Of a stretch of 64,000 nt of DNA, positions 1 to 8,829 are shown piece after piece (position 1 is the stretch's first letter; each line of letters opens with the position of its first letter). Made by a program: the position numbers and the translations under genes. The stretch spans positions 9,125 to 73,124 of the forward strand of contig CAYLLE010000003.1 of NCBI GenBank assembly GCA_964384485.1, written 5' to 3'. Source of the stretch: an uncultured Spirochaetales bacterium. GTDB lineage: Bacteria; Spirochaetota; Spirochaetia; CAYLLE01. The notes beneath the pieces were generated by a model. That model saw only the letters and a program-made list of their open reading frames with translations, had not been told where the DNA came from and did no database searches.

Positions 1-1144
1 TCCTGGAGAAAATCAGCCGGTGGAGATGGAGGCCGGCAGTATAGAAGTTATCGGGCTGTGTCCGCCCGAAACATATCCGCTTCAGAAGAAGAGGCACTCC
101 TTCGAGTTCCTTCGGGAGATCGCCCACCTCCGCCCCAGGACAAACACGTTCGGCGCGGTGACCCGGGTACGGAACACCCTATCCTATGCGATCCACAGAT
201 ATTTTCAGGAACGGGGATACTACTATATCCATACGCCGGTTATTACCGCGAGTGATGCGGAGGGCGCGGGACAGATGTTTCAGGTTACAACCCTGCCCCT
301 TGATAGAATCGATGCCTCCCGGTCTGTTGATTATTCAGAAGATTTCTTCGGAAAACGGTCCTTCCTGACGGTAAGCGGTCAGCTGAACGCGGAAATCTAC
401 GCCAGTGCTCTGGAACGGGTTTACACCTTCGGCCCCACCTTCCGTGCCGAGAATTCCAATACCGCCAGGCATTTGGCCGAATTCTGGATGATTGAACCGG
501 AAATCTCATTCTGCGATATACAGTGCAACATGGACATCGCCGAAGAGTTCCTGAAATACATCATCAATGCCGTCCTGACCGAATGCGTTGAAGATATGGA
601 GTTTTTCAACCTCCGGATTCAGAAGGGGCTCATAGATACACTGGAAAAAATAAAGGAAGCCCGATTCACCCGGATCAGCTATACCGAAGCGGTAGATCAT
701 CTTAAAAAATCGGGACGCGGTTTTGAGTTTCCCGTTGAATGGGGAAATGATCTCCAGTCGGAACATGAGAAATTTCTTACCGAAGAAGTGTTCCATGGTC
801 CGGTAATCGTTACCGATTATCCGAAAGAAATTAAAGCTTTCTATATGAAAATCAATGATGACGAAAAAACCGTCCGGGGAATGGACGTGCTGGTTCCGCG
901 GCTAGGAGAGATAATCGGCGGCAGTGAGCGTGAAAACAGGTATGAAATCCTGGAACGGAGGATAGCTGAAGAGGGGCTGAACAAGGAAGATTATTGGTGG
1001 TACCTGGAACTTAGGAAGTACGGATCGGTACCTCATTCAGGCTTCGGTCTGGGATTTGAACGGTTGATTCAATACGTTACGGGAATGCAGAATATCAGGG
1101 ATGTTATTCCGTTTCCAAGAGCGGTAAAAAGCATAAGCTTTTAA
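1..1144 (+). CDS. asnS: Asparagine--tRNA ligase, C-terminal ~380 aa; the 5' end lies outside the window
   Basis: The frame of ORF 20..1144 is open back to nt 2. Class II aaRS motifs [27 protein letters not shown] and [12 protein letters not shown] stop at 1142..1144. Confidence 0.9.
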   Translation, partial: PGENQPVEMEAGSIEVIGLCPPETYPLQKKRHSFEFLREIAHLRPRTNTFGAVTRVRNTLSYAIHRYFQERGYYYIHTPVITASDAEGAGQMFQVTTLPLDRIDASRSVDYSEDFFGKRSFLTVSGQLNAEIYASALERVYTFGPTFRAENSNTARHLAEFWMIEPEISFCDIQCNMDIAEEFLKYIINAVLTECVEDMEFFNLRIQKGLIDTLEKIKEARFTRISYTEAVDHLKKSGRGFEFPVEWGNDLQSEHEKFLTEEVFHGPVIVTDYPKEIKAFYMKINDDEKTVRGMDVLVPRLGEIIGGSERENRYEILERRIAEEGLNKEDYWWYLELRKYGSVPHSGFGLGFERLIQYVTGMQNIRDVIPFPRAVKSISF

Positions 1145-1148
1145 ATGG

Positions 1149-1234
1149 GCAATTTCCGGTGATCCCGACATACGTAATTGTTTGTAATAAAACAATTAAT
1201 CAATTTTAATGCGAATGTGATCACCGGAAATTGC
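1149..1234. repeat. 86-bp palindromic intergenic element, full copy A. Terminal inverted repeats GCAATTTCCGGTGAT / ATCACCGGAAATTGC; inner palindrome AATTGTTT..AAACAATT.
   Basis: A second 86-bp copy with the same ends lies at 36587..36672. This copy sits 5 nt after the asnS stop and 11 nt from the convergent slyD stop, so it probably also acts as a bidirectional terminator hairpin. Confidence 0.8.
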
Positions 1235-1244
1235 TATATCAAGC

Positions 1245-1706
1245 TCAGGTTACCTGGTTTTTGGTTTTTTCTTCTTCCGTGGCCTCTCTGACATCCCGGA
1301 CATTCACGTCAAAATGAAGACCTATTCCCGCAAGGGGATGATTTCCGTCCAGAGTCACGTCTTTTTCTTTTACTTCGATTACGGTAAAGACATGGGGACC
1401 CGATCCGGTCTGGGCCTGAACCTGAAGCCCCGGCTTGATCTCCTGTCCCTCAGGAAACTGATCTTTGGAAACATTGACAATAAGATCATCTTTCCGCTGT
1501 CCGTAAGCCTGGTCAGGGTTAAGGTCTACAGAAACTTCGTCACCTTCTCCCTTTCCTTCCAAGGCGTTCTCCAAACCTTCTATTATCTTTCCATGACCAT
1601 GGAGATATGAAAACTGCTGGTCTTCTCCCGTCTTCTGCAGAAGATTTCCCGCTTCATCTTTCAGTTCATAATCGATAGTTACAACAGTATTTTTTTGTAT
1701 ATCCAT
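1245..1706 (-). CDS. slyD: FKBP-type peptidyl-prolyl cis-trans isomerase, SlyD-like (no His-rich tail)
   Basis: Colinear with SlyD: VVTIDYELKDEAGNLL, YLHGHGKIIEGLENALEGK, insert-in-flap region, LDGNHPLAG, REATEEE. Confidence 0.85.
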   Translation of the reverse strand: MDIQKNTVVTIDYELKDEAGNLLQKTGEDQQFSYLHGHGKIIEGLENALEGKGEGDEVSVDLNPDQAYGQRKDDLIVNVSKDQFPEGQEIKPGLQVQAQTGSGPHVFTVIEVKEKDVTLDGNHPLAGIGLHFDVNVRDVREATEEEKTKNQVT

Positions 1707-1841
1707 ATTATTTTTCCTCCTACTTATAGTGTACTAAAAACTGCTCATCTCACCAACCCGGAGACTGTTCTGCCGGTGTTGACCGGGAATTGCTGCTGTT
1801 CTGAGTTGCTTTACCGTCCCCTTTTTTAGTAAGTTTTTTAT

Positions 1842-2579
1842 ATGAAGCGCGGAATAACATGTTTTCTACTCATCCTAATAATTCCGTTTTCGGTTTTCTG
1901 CGGCGGCTCGGATGAAACGGAGGATGCTCCGGCCGGAGATCTCTACCAGAAAAAACGGGAAAAAATGGTCGAAACCCAGCTCAAGAGCAGGGGCATAACC
2001 GATCCGGGGGTTCTCAACGCTATGCGGTCGGTCCCAAGACACAAGTTCGTTGAACCGGACCTGAAGGACCGGGCATACGCTGATACACCTCTTCCGATTG
2101 AACATGGACAGACCATATCTCAGCCCTATATTGTCGCCTACATGACGGAAATGCTCGAACTCCGTGAAGGTCAATCGGTTCTTGAGATAGGCACCGGCAG
2201 CGGGTACCAGGCTGCCGTTTTAGCCGAAATAACCGATCACGTTTATACGGTAGAAATCATCAAACCCTTAGCACAAAAGGCTGCCGGGCTGCTCGAAAAC
2301 CTCGGCTACGAAGAGACGGCGGTAAAAAGCGGGGACGGCTACTACGGGTGGCCCGAATACGCGCCGTATGACCGGATCATTGTCACCGCCGCGTCCGGCC
2401 ACATCCCTCCGCCTCTGATCGAACAGCTTGCCCCGGGAGGCAGAATGATGATACCGGTCGGCGGGGTTTACGATATGCAGACCTTGATACTCGTCCGGAA
2501 GCTGCCGGACGGCAGCATTGAAACGGAACAGACAATACCGGTGCGGTTCGTTCCTATGACCGGAGAAGCACTGGAGTGA
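1842..2579 (+). CDS. pcm: Protein-L-isoaspartate O-methyltransferase with an N-terminal signal peptide and possible lipobox
   Basis: GQTISQPYIVAYMTE and SAM motif VLEIGTGSGYQAAVLAE. The N-terminus MKRGITCFLLILIIPFSVFCGG is hydrophobic and ends in Cys. Confidence 0.85.
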   Translation: MKRGITCFLLILIIPFSVFCGGSDETEDAPAGDLYQKKREKMVETQLKSRGITDPGVLNAMRSVPRHKFVEPDLKDRAYADTPLPIEHGQTISQPYIVAYMTEMLELREGQSVLEIGTGSGYQAAVLAEITDHVYTVEIIKPLAQKAAGLLENLGYEETAVKSGDGYYGWPEYAPYDRIIVTAASGHIPPPLIEQLAPGGRMMIPVGGVYDMQTLILVRKLPDGSIETEQTIPVRFVPMTGEALE

Positions 2580-5089
2580 GGGAAAACAAACCCGGGACTG
2601 CAAACTACCGGCTTCAGGCTCTCTCCGTATTTCTTGTGTCTTTGACCGTCATCGCGTATCAGATTGCTTTAATGCGGTCTCTCTCCATAACCCGGTATCA
2701 CCATTTTTCATACCTTATAATCAGCACCGCCCTGCTCGGGTTCGGATTCAGCGGTATAGTCCTCGGAGCTTCCCGGTTAAAGCTGATTCAAAACTACCGT
2801 AAGAGCAGTGTGATTCTGCTGCTCCTGTTTACCGTCTCGATACCGGTTACATTTGTCATAACCGGAAATATCGGAGTGGATATTTCATACCTCCTCCAAA
2901 CCGGAAGAGGTATCCTGCCTCTTGCCGCCTACATCATCCTGACGGTCATCCCCTTCTTTGTCGGAGCCCTCTACATCGCCCTGGTCCTAGCCCGGTTTCC
3001 GATCCGGAGCGGAACCCTCTACGGAGTAAACCTCACCGGCAGCGGAATCGGCGGAATAACGGTTATTCTCCTTTTTAACCATTTCGAGGCTCTCCTGTTA
3101 CCGCTTAAACTCGCGGCGGTTCCGGCAGCTGCCGCCCTGATTCTGATATTCCGGAACATAATCGTCCGGAAAAAATTATCCGTTGTACAGGTCATTTTTA
3201 TTCTGACCGCGGCGGCCGCGGGTATTTTTTCGGTCACCGGAAGACCGGAAATTAAAATAGACAGGATCAAGTCCCTCTACCGCATCCGTCAGCTGCAGGC
3301 ACAGGGAGACGCGGAACAAATCGCCCTCAGGGAAGGGGCCGGTTACCGGGTCGGTCTTTGGCGGTCCCCCAGCTTTCATCACACCCTTTTCGCCGGTTTG
3401 GGAAACCGTCATCTTCCCCCCGAGCAAATTTCTATCCTGCTTGACGGTGAAGAAGCCGGAGCTGTTTTCAATATCACCGGTCCGGAAGAAGCGCCCATTC
3501 TGGATTCACTTCTTCAGTCACTCCCGTACCGTATTGCACCGGATATCGGCTCGGTCCTTCTTCTGGGAGAAACAGGCGGGATCAACATCTGGCTGGCCCG
3601 AAGATGGGGAGTACCGAAAGCCGACGTAGTACAGCATCCGGACCTTATGGAAACTTTGCGGGAGGAAGCGGCCGGTTACGGCGGCACGGTATTCCGCCTG
3701 CCCGGGGTCCGGGTCGTCGGAACATCTCCCCGCCATTATACCGGCACTTCTACTGATCAATATGACCTAATACAGATAGCGGGCGCTGAGGGCATGCCCT
3801 CTACGGGTTCCGGTCTCTACTCCCTGCACGAAAATTACCTTCTAACCGTGGACGCGGTAAAGGAGTATATCGCTCTCCTTTCCGAGACCGGATTTATCAC
3901 CCTTACCCGGGGGATACAGGCACCGCCGAGAGACAACATCCGGATTTTTTACACATTCCACCAGGCCCTTAAGGAATCCGGATTCGATGAACCGGAACGC
4001 CATCTCATTCAAGTCCGGAATTATCTGGCTGTTAATACGATTATCTCCGCCTCCCCTGTTGATACCGATATGATACACCGGCTTAAGCGGGCTGTCCGGG
4101 AGATCCAGGCCGATTACAGCTACTATCCCGGGATCAGCGGAGATACAGCGTCGGTACAAAACAAAACCCCCGGACCGCCGGGGTATCCCTATTCCTATTA
4201 CCGGTACGCGGCCGGCAGAATCGTATCCGGAATAACCCCTTTAATACCGGATTGGCCGTACAAACTTGAACCGGTAACCGATAATTCGCCGTATTTTCAT
4301 AATTTTACCCCGTTCAGCCAGGCGCTGAAGGATCTTTTTACATCTGCCGGTGCAGCCGTTCCGGGACTTCCCGGTTATGAAGGGGGATACCTGATCCTGA
4401 TTCTATCCTTCCTCATTACTGCCGGTGTTTCCGCGGCTGTCCTGATCCTGCCTGCCGCCCTTATGACCAAAGGTAAGAAGTTCCGGCGGGGCCGGATTCT
4501 CATCCGGTATTCCGCGATCGGCTTTGGATTCATGTTTCTTGAAATGGTGCTGATTCAGGAATTCACCCTCTTCCTGGGTGATCCTATATACAGTGTCTCC
4601 GCGGTTCTTTCCGCTATTTTGACAGCCGCGGGTGCGGGAAGCATTCTTCAGAGAAAGATAAGAATTCGGCCTGTAATAAAAGCAGTATCCGCCGCGGTTC
4701 TTCTGATAATACTGATATTATCCGCGTTTTTCTTTCTTGATCCCCTTTTCAGCCTGTTCAGCGGCACCGGGCGGACGGCCCGTTTTATAGTGTCGTTTCT
4801 CCTCCTTCTCGGACCTTCCTTCCTCATGGGCTTTTTCTTTCCCTTAGGCCTGGAAATCCACGGCGGCGCCGAGGACGGGGATGACCGGGGCATCATTCCC
4901 GCTGCCTGGGGGGTAAACGGCTTTGCTTCGGTAACCGCGGCTCCCTTAACGGTGATCCTCTCTATCGCCTTCGGATTCCGGTTTGTCTTGGCCGCTGCGG
5001 CGGTCTGTTATTTTATCTGTGCCGCTGTCGACGGAAGCTCTGCCGCTGGCTCCGGGATATTCGGAAGAAAAACGGATAATGTAAAATAA
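2576..5089 (+). CDS. Polytopic membrane protein with a central spermidine-synthase-like (degenerate) domain
   Basis: 837-aa ORF. The GTG start overlaps the pcm stop (GTGA). There are about 7 N-terminal and about 5 C-terminal hydrophobic helices. The central soluble part carries LLLGETGGINIWLA and YDLIQIAGAEG, resembling aminopropyltransferase motifs. Confidence 0.55.
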   Translation: MRENKPGTANYRLQALSVFLVSLTVIAYQIALMRSLSITRYHHFSYLIISTALLGFGFSGIVLGASRLKLIQNYRKSSVILLLLFTVSIPVTFVITGNIGVDISYLLQTGRGILPLAAYIILTVIPFFVGALYIALVLARFPIRSGTLYGVNLTGSGIGGITVILLFNHFEALLLPLKLAAVPAAAALILIFRNIIVRKKLSVVQVIFILTAAAAGIFSVTGRPEIKIDRIKSLYRIRQLQAQGDAEQIALREGAGYRVGLWRSPSFHHTLFAGLGNRHLPPEQISILLDGEEAGAVFNITGPEEAPILDSLLQSLPYRIAPDIGSVLLLGETGGINIWLARRWGVPKADVVQHPDLMETLREEAAGYGGTVFRLPGVRVVGTSPRHYTGTSTDQYDLIQIAGAEGMPSTGSGLYSLHENYLLTVDAVKEYIALLSETGFITLTRGIQAPPRDNIRIFYTFHQALKESGFDEPERHLIQVRNYLAVNTIISASPVDTDMIHRLKRAVREIQADYSYYPGISGDTASVQNKTPGPPGYPYSYYRYAAGRIVSGITPLIPDWPYKLEPVTDNSPYFHNFTPFSQALKDLFTSAGAAVPGLPGYEGGYLILILSFLITAGVSAAVLILPAALMTKGKKFRRGRILIRYSAIGFGFMFLEMVLIQEFTLFLGDPIYSVSAVLSAILTAAGAGSILQRKIRIRPVIKAVSAAVLLIILILSAFFFLDPLFSLFSGTGRTARFIVSFLLLLGPSFLMGFFFPLGLEIHGGAEDGDDRGIIPAAWGVNGFASVTAAPLTVILSIAFGFRFVLAAAAVCYFICAAVDGSSAAGSGIFGRKTDNVK

Positions 5090-5137
5090 CCTTGAAAATT
5101 TCTGTTACTCCCGGGGAAATGTGCTAAATTCACCAGT

Positions 5138-6355
5138 ATGATACAGACCGGACGGGCCGATAGAATTCCTTACTTTCTGCTTATCTTTGATTTCCACCTT
5201 GCCTTTTTGGCCGTAATCACGGCAGTCCCGGGCGTATCGTATGCCCTATGGGTTCCGGCCTTTATCGTCTTTACGATATATGCCGCCGGAGGCTACTCCA
5301 TCTTTTCCGAAGCAAAACCGGTCCGGAATATCGGCGTCTTTATCGGTTCCCTGTTCCTTTTAGGGTTCGTTTTTCTCGGCTTCTTTCATTACTTAAAGGA
5401 TGATATGTACCGGGAAATTAAAACAGCAGCCGCGGCGGTTTTAGCGGCGGGACTTCCCGCGCTTCATTACAGCGCGAAATCATTTTTACTCAAAACGAGC
5501 CGGAATTATATCATCAGACTTCCTGATTATATGGAAGAGGCGGGAACCGAGCTGAAACGGCATATCATACAGACCGGATACCCGGCCCGGATAGTTAGAG
5601 ATGCTGATAATACGTCTGAGCTCACAATGAAGGTAATTTCAAGGACCCGGGAATTCGACCGGGGATACGATCCGATGGTATTCTCCGATAAGGTTCTTAA
5701 AGTCATTCCTCCGGCACTTTGGAAATACTACGAAGAACATACCGATTGGAAATCGTATTCATTCAAGCTCTACGATCCGGTAAAGCGGTGTGCCGATATT
5801 ATTATAGCCGGGATCCTCTTCATTCTCTCTCTCCCGCTCCAGGCAGCCGCCGGGGCAGGGATCCTGATCGCAGACGGCGGTCCGGTGCTCTTTAAACAGC
5901 AGCGTGTCGGCAGATTCGGAATACCCTTCACTCTTGTGAAATTCAGGACATTGAAAAAGGCGGACAAGAGGAATTCAAGCGAAAATCCAAATGACGGCAT
6001 AGAGAACAGGATTTTTGCCTTTGGATCTTTCCTCCGCAGAACCCGACTGGATGAACTGCCCCAGCTCCTGAATATTATTAAAGGCGATATGAGCCTAGTG
6101 GGACCGAGACCGGAGATGGAATTTTTCCACGAAAAATGGAGCAGACTCATTCCGCTCTACGACAAACGGCTGCTTATTAAACCGGGACTTACCGGCTGGG
6201 CGCAGGTCCGCTTTCCCCACACCACAACCGAACAGGATTACCGGGACAAGACAGCGCATGACCTGTGGTACCTTAAAAACAGAGGTGTTTTCACCGATTT
6301 AAAGATTGTTCTCCGGACTGCCGGGGTGATGATGCTGGCTCAGGGCTCACGGTAA
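5138..6355 (+). CDS. Polyprenyl-phosphate glycosyl-phosphotransferase (bacterial sugar transferase, WbaP/EpsB-like)
   Basis: C-terminal catalytic block KRCADIIIAGILFILSLPL, LFKQQRVG, TLVKFRTL, LRRTRLDELPQLLNIIKGDMSLVGPRPE, PGLTGWAQV. The N-terminal half contains transmembrane helices. Confidence 0.85.
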   Translation: MIQTGRADRIPYFLLIFDFHLAFLAVITAVPGVSYALWVPAFIVFTIYAAGGYSIFSEAKPVRNIGVFIGSLFLLGFVFLGFFHYLKDDMYREIKTAAAAVLAAGLPALHYSAKSFLLKTSRNYIIRLPDYMEEAGTELKRHIIQTGYPARIVRDADNTSELTMKVISRTREFDRGYDPMVFSDKVLKVIPPALWKYYEEHTDWKSYSFKLYDPVKRCADIIIAGILFILSLPLQAAAGAGILIADGGPVLFKQQRVGRFGIPFTLVKFRTLKKADKRNSSENPNDGIENRIFAFGSFLRRTRLDELPQLLNIIKGDMSLVGPRPEMEFFHEKWSRLIPLYDKRLLIKPGLTGWAQVRFPHTTTEQDYRDKTAHDLWYLKNRGVFTDLKIVLRTAGVMMLAQGSR

Positions 6356-6356
6356 C

Positions 6357-6393
6357 CAGCAATTCCCGTTGATGCCGATTCATGTAATTGCTG
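6357..6393. repeat. Partial (left-half) copy of the palindromic intergenic element; forms the hairpin CAGCAATT-21 nt-AATTGCTG
   Basis: TTCCCGTTGATGCCGATTCATGTAATTGCT matches 23021..23052 at 27 of 30 positions, and matches the left halves of copies A and B. It lies between convergent stops at 6355 and 6413. Confidence 0.65.
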
Positions 6394-6412
6394 CACGGTA
6401 ACAGAGAAGCTG

Positions 6413-7498
6413 CTACACAGGATCAATCGCTCCCTGGGTGTACCCGATCACGGTAACGGCAACATACGCGAGAAGTAAAAGAACCCCGTATGGACGCTTC
6501 AGCCGGTCCTTGGACGTTGCAATCCCAAGTCTGGCAATGAGCAGTATAAAAATCATTGCCGGAAAAAGGATAATGAAGAAGTTCGGCGGTACCATTAATC
6601 CGCCCTTTGTAACGGCAGTAGCTGTTCCGGCGACAAACAGCACATTCAGAATGTCCGCGCCGATCACATTGCCCAGCGCGAGTTCACCGTGCCCCTTCTT
6701 GATGCTTGTTAACGTTGTAACCAATTCGGGAAGCGATGTTCCGAACGCGACAAGGGTAGCTCCGATTATACTTTGGGGTATACTCAGTTTTACCGCGGTA
6801 ACCTGTACGGCAGGGATTACTATACGGGAGGAAACCACAACCATCAACACCCCGAGCACCAGTTTTAATATGATGATAAGGGGCGGACGGTTTTCCTCAG
6901 TACCGATGACTACATCGAATTCGTACACCCCGGTTTTGGTTTTCTTAATGGAATAGTAGATATACGCCGCTAAAAGGGCAATAAAAATAAAACCTACAAA
7001 CTGGGGAACCCGTCCTCCGGATGTAAAAATCCCGCCGATGTTTGTATAGGGAATACTAACCGCCACAAGGAGCAGAGCTGATCCGATCTTGATCCAGCCC
7101 TGTTTGTTTACCAGCTTTTTGACTATAGGAAGAGGGGATATCACCGTCCCTAATCCGAGTATAAGACCGGTGTTACAGATAATGGATCCTACCGCGTTTC
7201 CCATCGCGAGACCGGGATCGCCGGTTACAGCGGCGAACACCGAAACCGCGGCCTCGGGCAGGGTTGTCCCGATACTGACAATTGTTGCACCGATCAGCAT
7301 CTTGGGAACGCCCCATTTGGCGGAAAGGCTGACCGCTTCATCCACTAAAATATCAGCCCCTTTTCCGAGCACAAAAATAAAAACCGCAATTACACCGATA
7401 AGCCCGATAATGGGAAAAGTATTGAATGTTTCTAACAGTAACTGTTCCATGATTGGATGTGAGCTTACTAAATGATCTAGAAAATATCCATAGGACAC
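6413..7498 (-). CDS. Ca2+/Na+ (CaCA family, YrbG-like) antiporter
   Basis: Two alpha-repeat motifs, GNAVGSIICNTGLILG and GNVIGADILNVLFV. About 10 hydrophobic helices. Confidence 0.8.
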   Translation of the reverse strand: MSYGYFLDHLVSSHPIMEQLLLETFNTFPIIGLIGVIAVFIFVLGKGADILVDEAVSLSAKWGVPKMLIGATIVSIGTTLPEAAVSVFAAVTGDPGLAMGNAVGSIICNTGLILGLGTVISPLPIVKKLVNKQGWIKIGSALLLVAVSIPYTNIGGIFTSGGRVPQFVGFIFIALLAAYIYYSIKKTKTGVYEFDVVIGTEENRPPLIIILKLVLGVLMVVVSSRIVIPAVQVTAVKLSIPQSIIGATLVAFGTSLPELVTTLTSIKKGHGELALGNVIGADILNVLFVAGTATAVTKGGLMVPPNFFIILFPAMIFILLIARLGIATSKDRLKRPYGVLLLLAYVAVTVIGYTQGAIDPV

Positions 7499-8829
7499 AC
7501 AGAAACTATTTTGCCAAATACGGGCTGAGCAACTGACCGAGACCGGTTCTTTTATCTGTCCCGAGATCTCTTGTGCGTGGAAATCGGCATTGGAGCAAAG
7601 ATATATTCTTTCTTTCTTTATCTATCCTGTCTCAGGCTCGGATTCAATTTATCTCTACGGTTTGGATGTTACCTCTCAGAAGTATTATCAGGAACAGCTT
7701 AAATGCCAGGCGTATCACGATGCCTTAACAGGACTTCCCAACAGGCAGCTGTTCAAAGACCGGCTTAACATGGTCATAGCTTCCGGATCAAGACGGGACA
7801 TCAATGCGGCACTTCTTCTTTTCATGAAGCTGAGGATTCAATGGAATTCGCCCGGAAACTCATCGATACCTTTGCTTTACCATTCAAGCTCAATAACAAT
7901 GTCATTTATACTACCTTAAGTATCGGAATTACCGTTTTTCCCGATGATGCCCTTGATCTGATCCGGAACGCCGGCATGGCCCTATACCGGGCTAAACAGG
8001 CTGGAAAAAACACCTATTACCCGTATACCTCTGCTCTTATGGAAGCGGCGGTGTGGCGGTTGCCCGGGAAGAGTTCTAGGTGTATTACCAGCCGAAACTA
8101 AATATAAAAGAAAATAAAATTTCCGGCGCGGAGGCCCTGATCCGGTGGAACCGTCCGGACGGCACCGCTGTCGCTCCGGGTGTTTTTATACCTCTGGCCG
8201 AATCAAACGGATTGATCTATCCGATCGGAGAATGGGTAATGCGTCGAGCGTGCACCGACGCGCTGGAATGGATTAAAGAAGAACATGATTTATCTCTGGC
8301 GGTAAACCTTTCGGGGAAACAGTTCTACTGGGAAGAGATAATCGACGATATCGAAGCGGTTCTATCCGAGACAGGATTCCCGCCGGCGAACTTGAATCTG
8401 GAAATTACAGAAAACGCGGTCATCACCGACACCGAAAGAGCCATAGCTATCATGAAAGAATTAAGCCGGAAGGGCATTCAGTATTCCCTGGATGATTTCG
8501 GGACCGGATATTCATCTCTCAGTTACTTGAAAAAATTTCCCCTATCGGTCATAAAGGTGTATAAATCTTTTATTTAAGGAATTCCTGACGACCCGGATGA
8601 TGTCTCCATTTCCCAAGCGGTTATCGCTCTAGGAAAAAGCCTGAATCTTGTCATCGTCGCTGAAGGTGTATAGAACGGGAGTCAGCAGGATTTTCTTGAG
8701 AACCAGGGGTGCCATGAAATCCAGGGATATTACATCGGAAAACCGATGAATTCGGAAGATTTCACCCGTTTTCTCAAGTCAGGGCGGTACAGAGTAGGAG
8801 GAAGGAATGAAAAGCGAACTAAGATATAG
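7494..8829 (+). pseudogene. Decayed PAS-GGDEF-EAL (c-di-GMP turnover) gene: 5' truncated, GGDEF core deleted, at least 2 frameshifts and 3 in-frame stops
   Basis: Fragments in three frames: YHDALTGLPNRQLF, SIGITVFP..ALYRAKQAGKNTY, YYQPKLN..EALIRWNRPDG, EITENAVI, LDDFGTGYSSLSYLKKFPL, then AEGV(TAG) and QGYYIGKPM. In-frame stops at 8077, 8575 and 8671. Confidence 0.85.
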
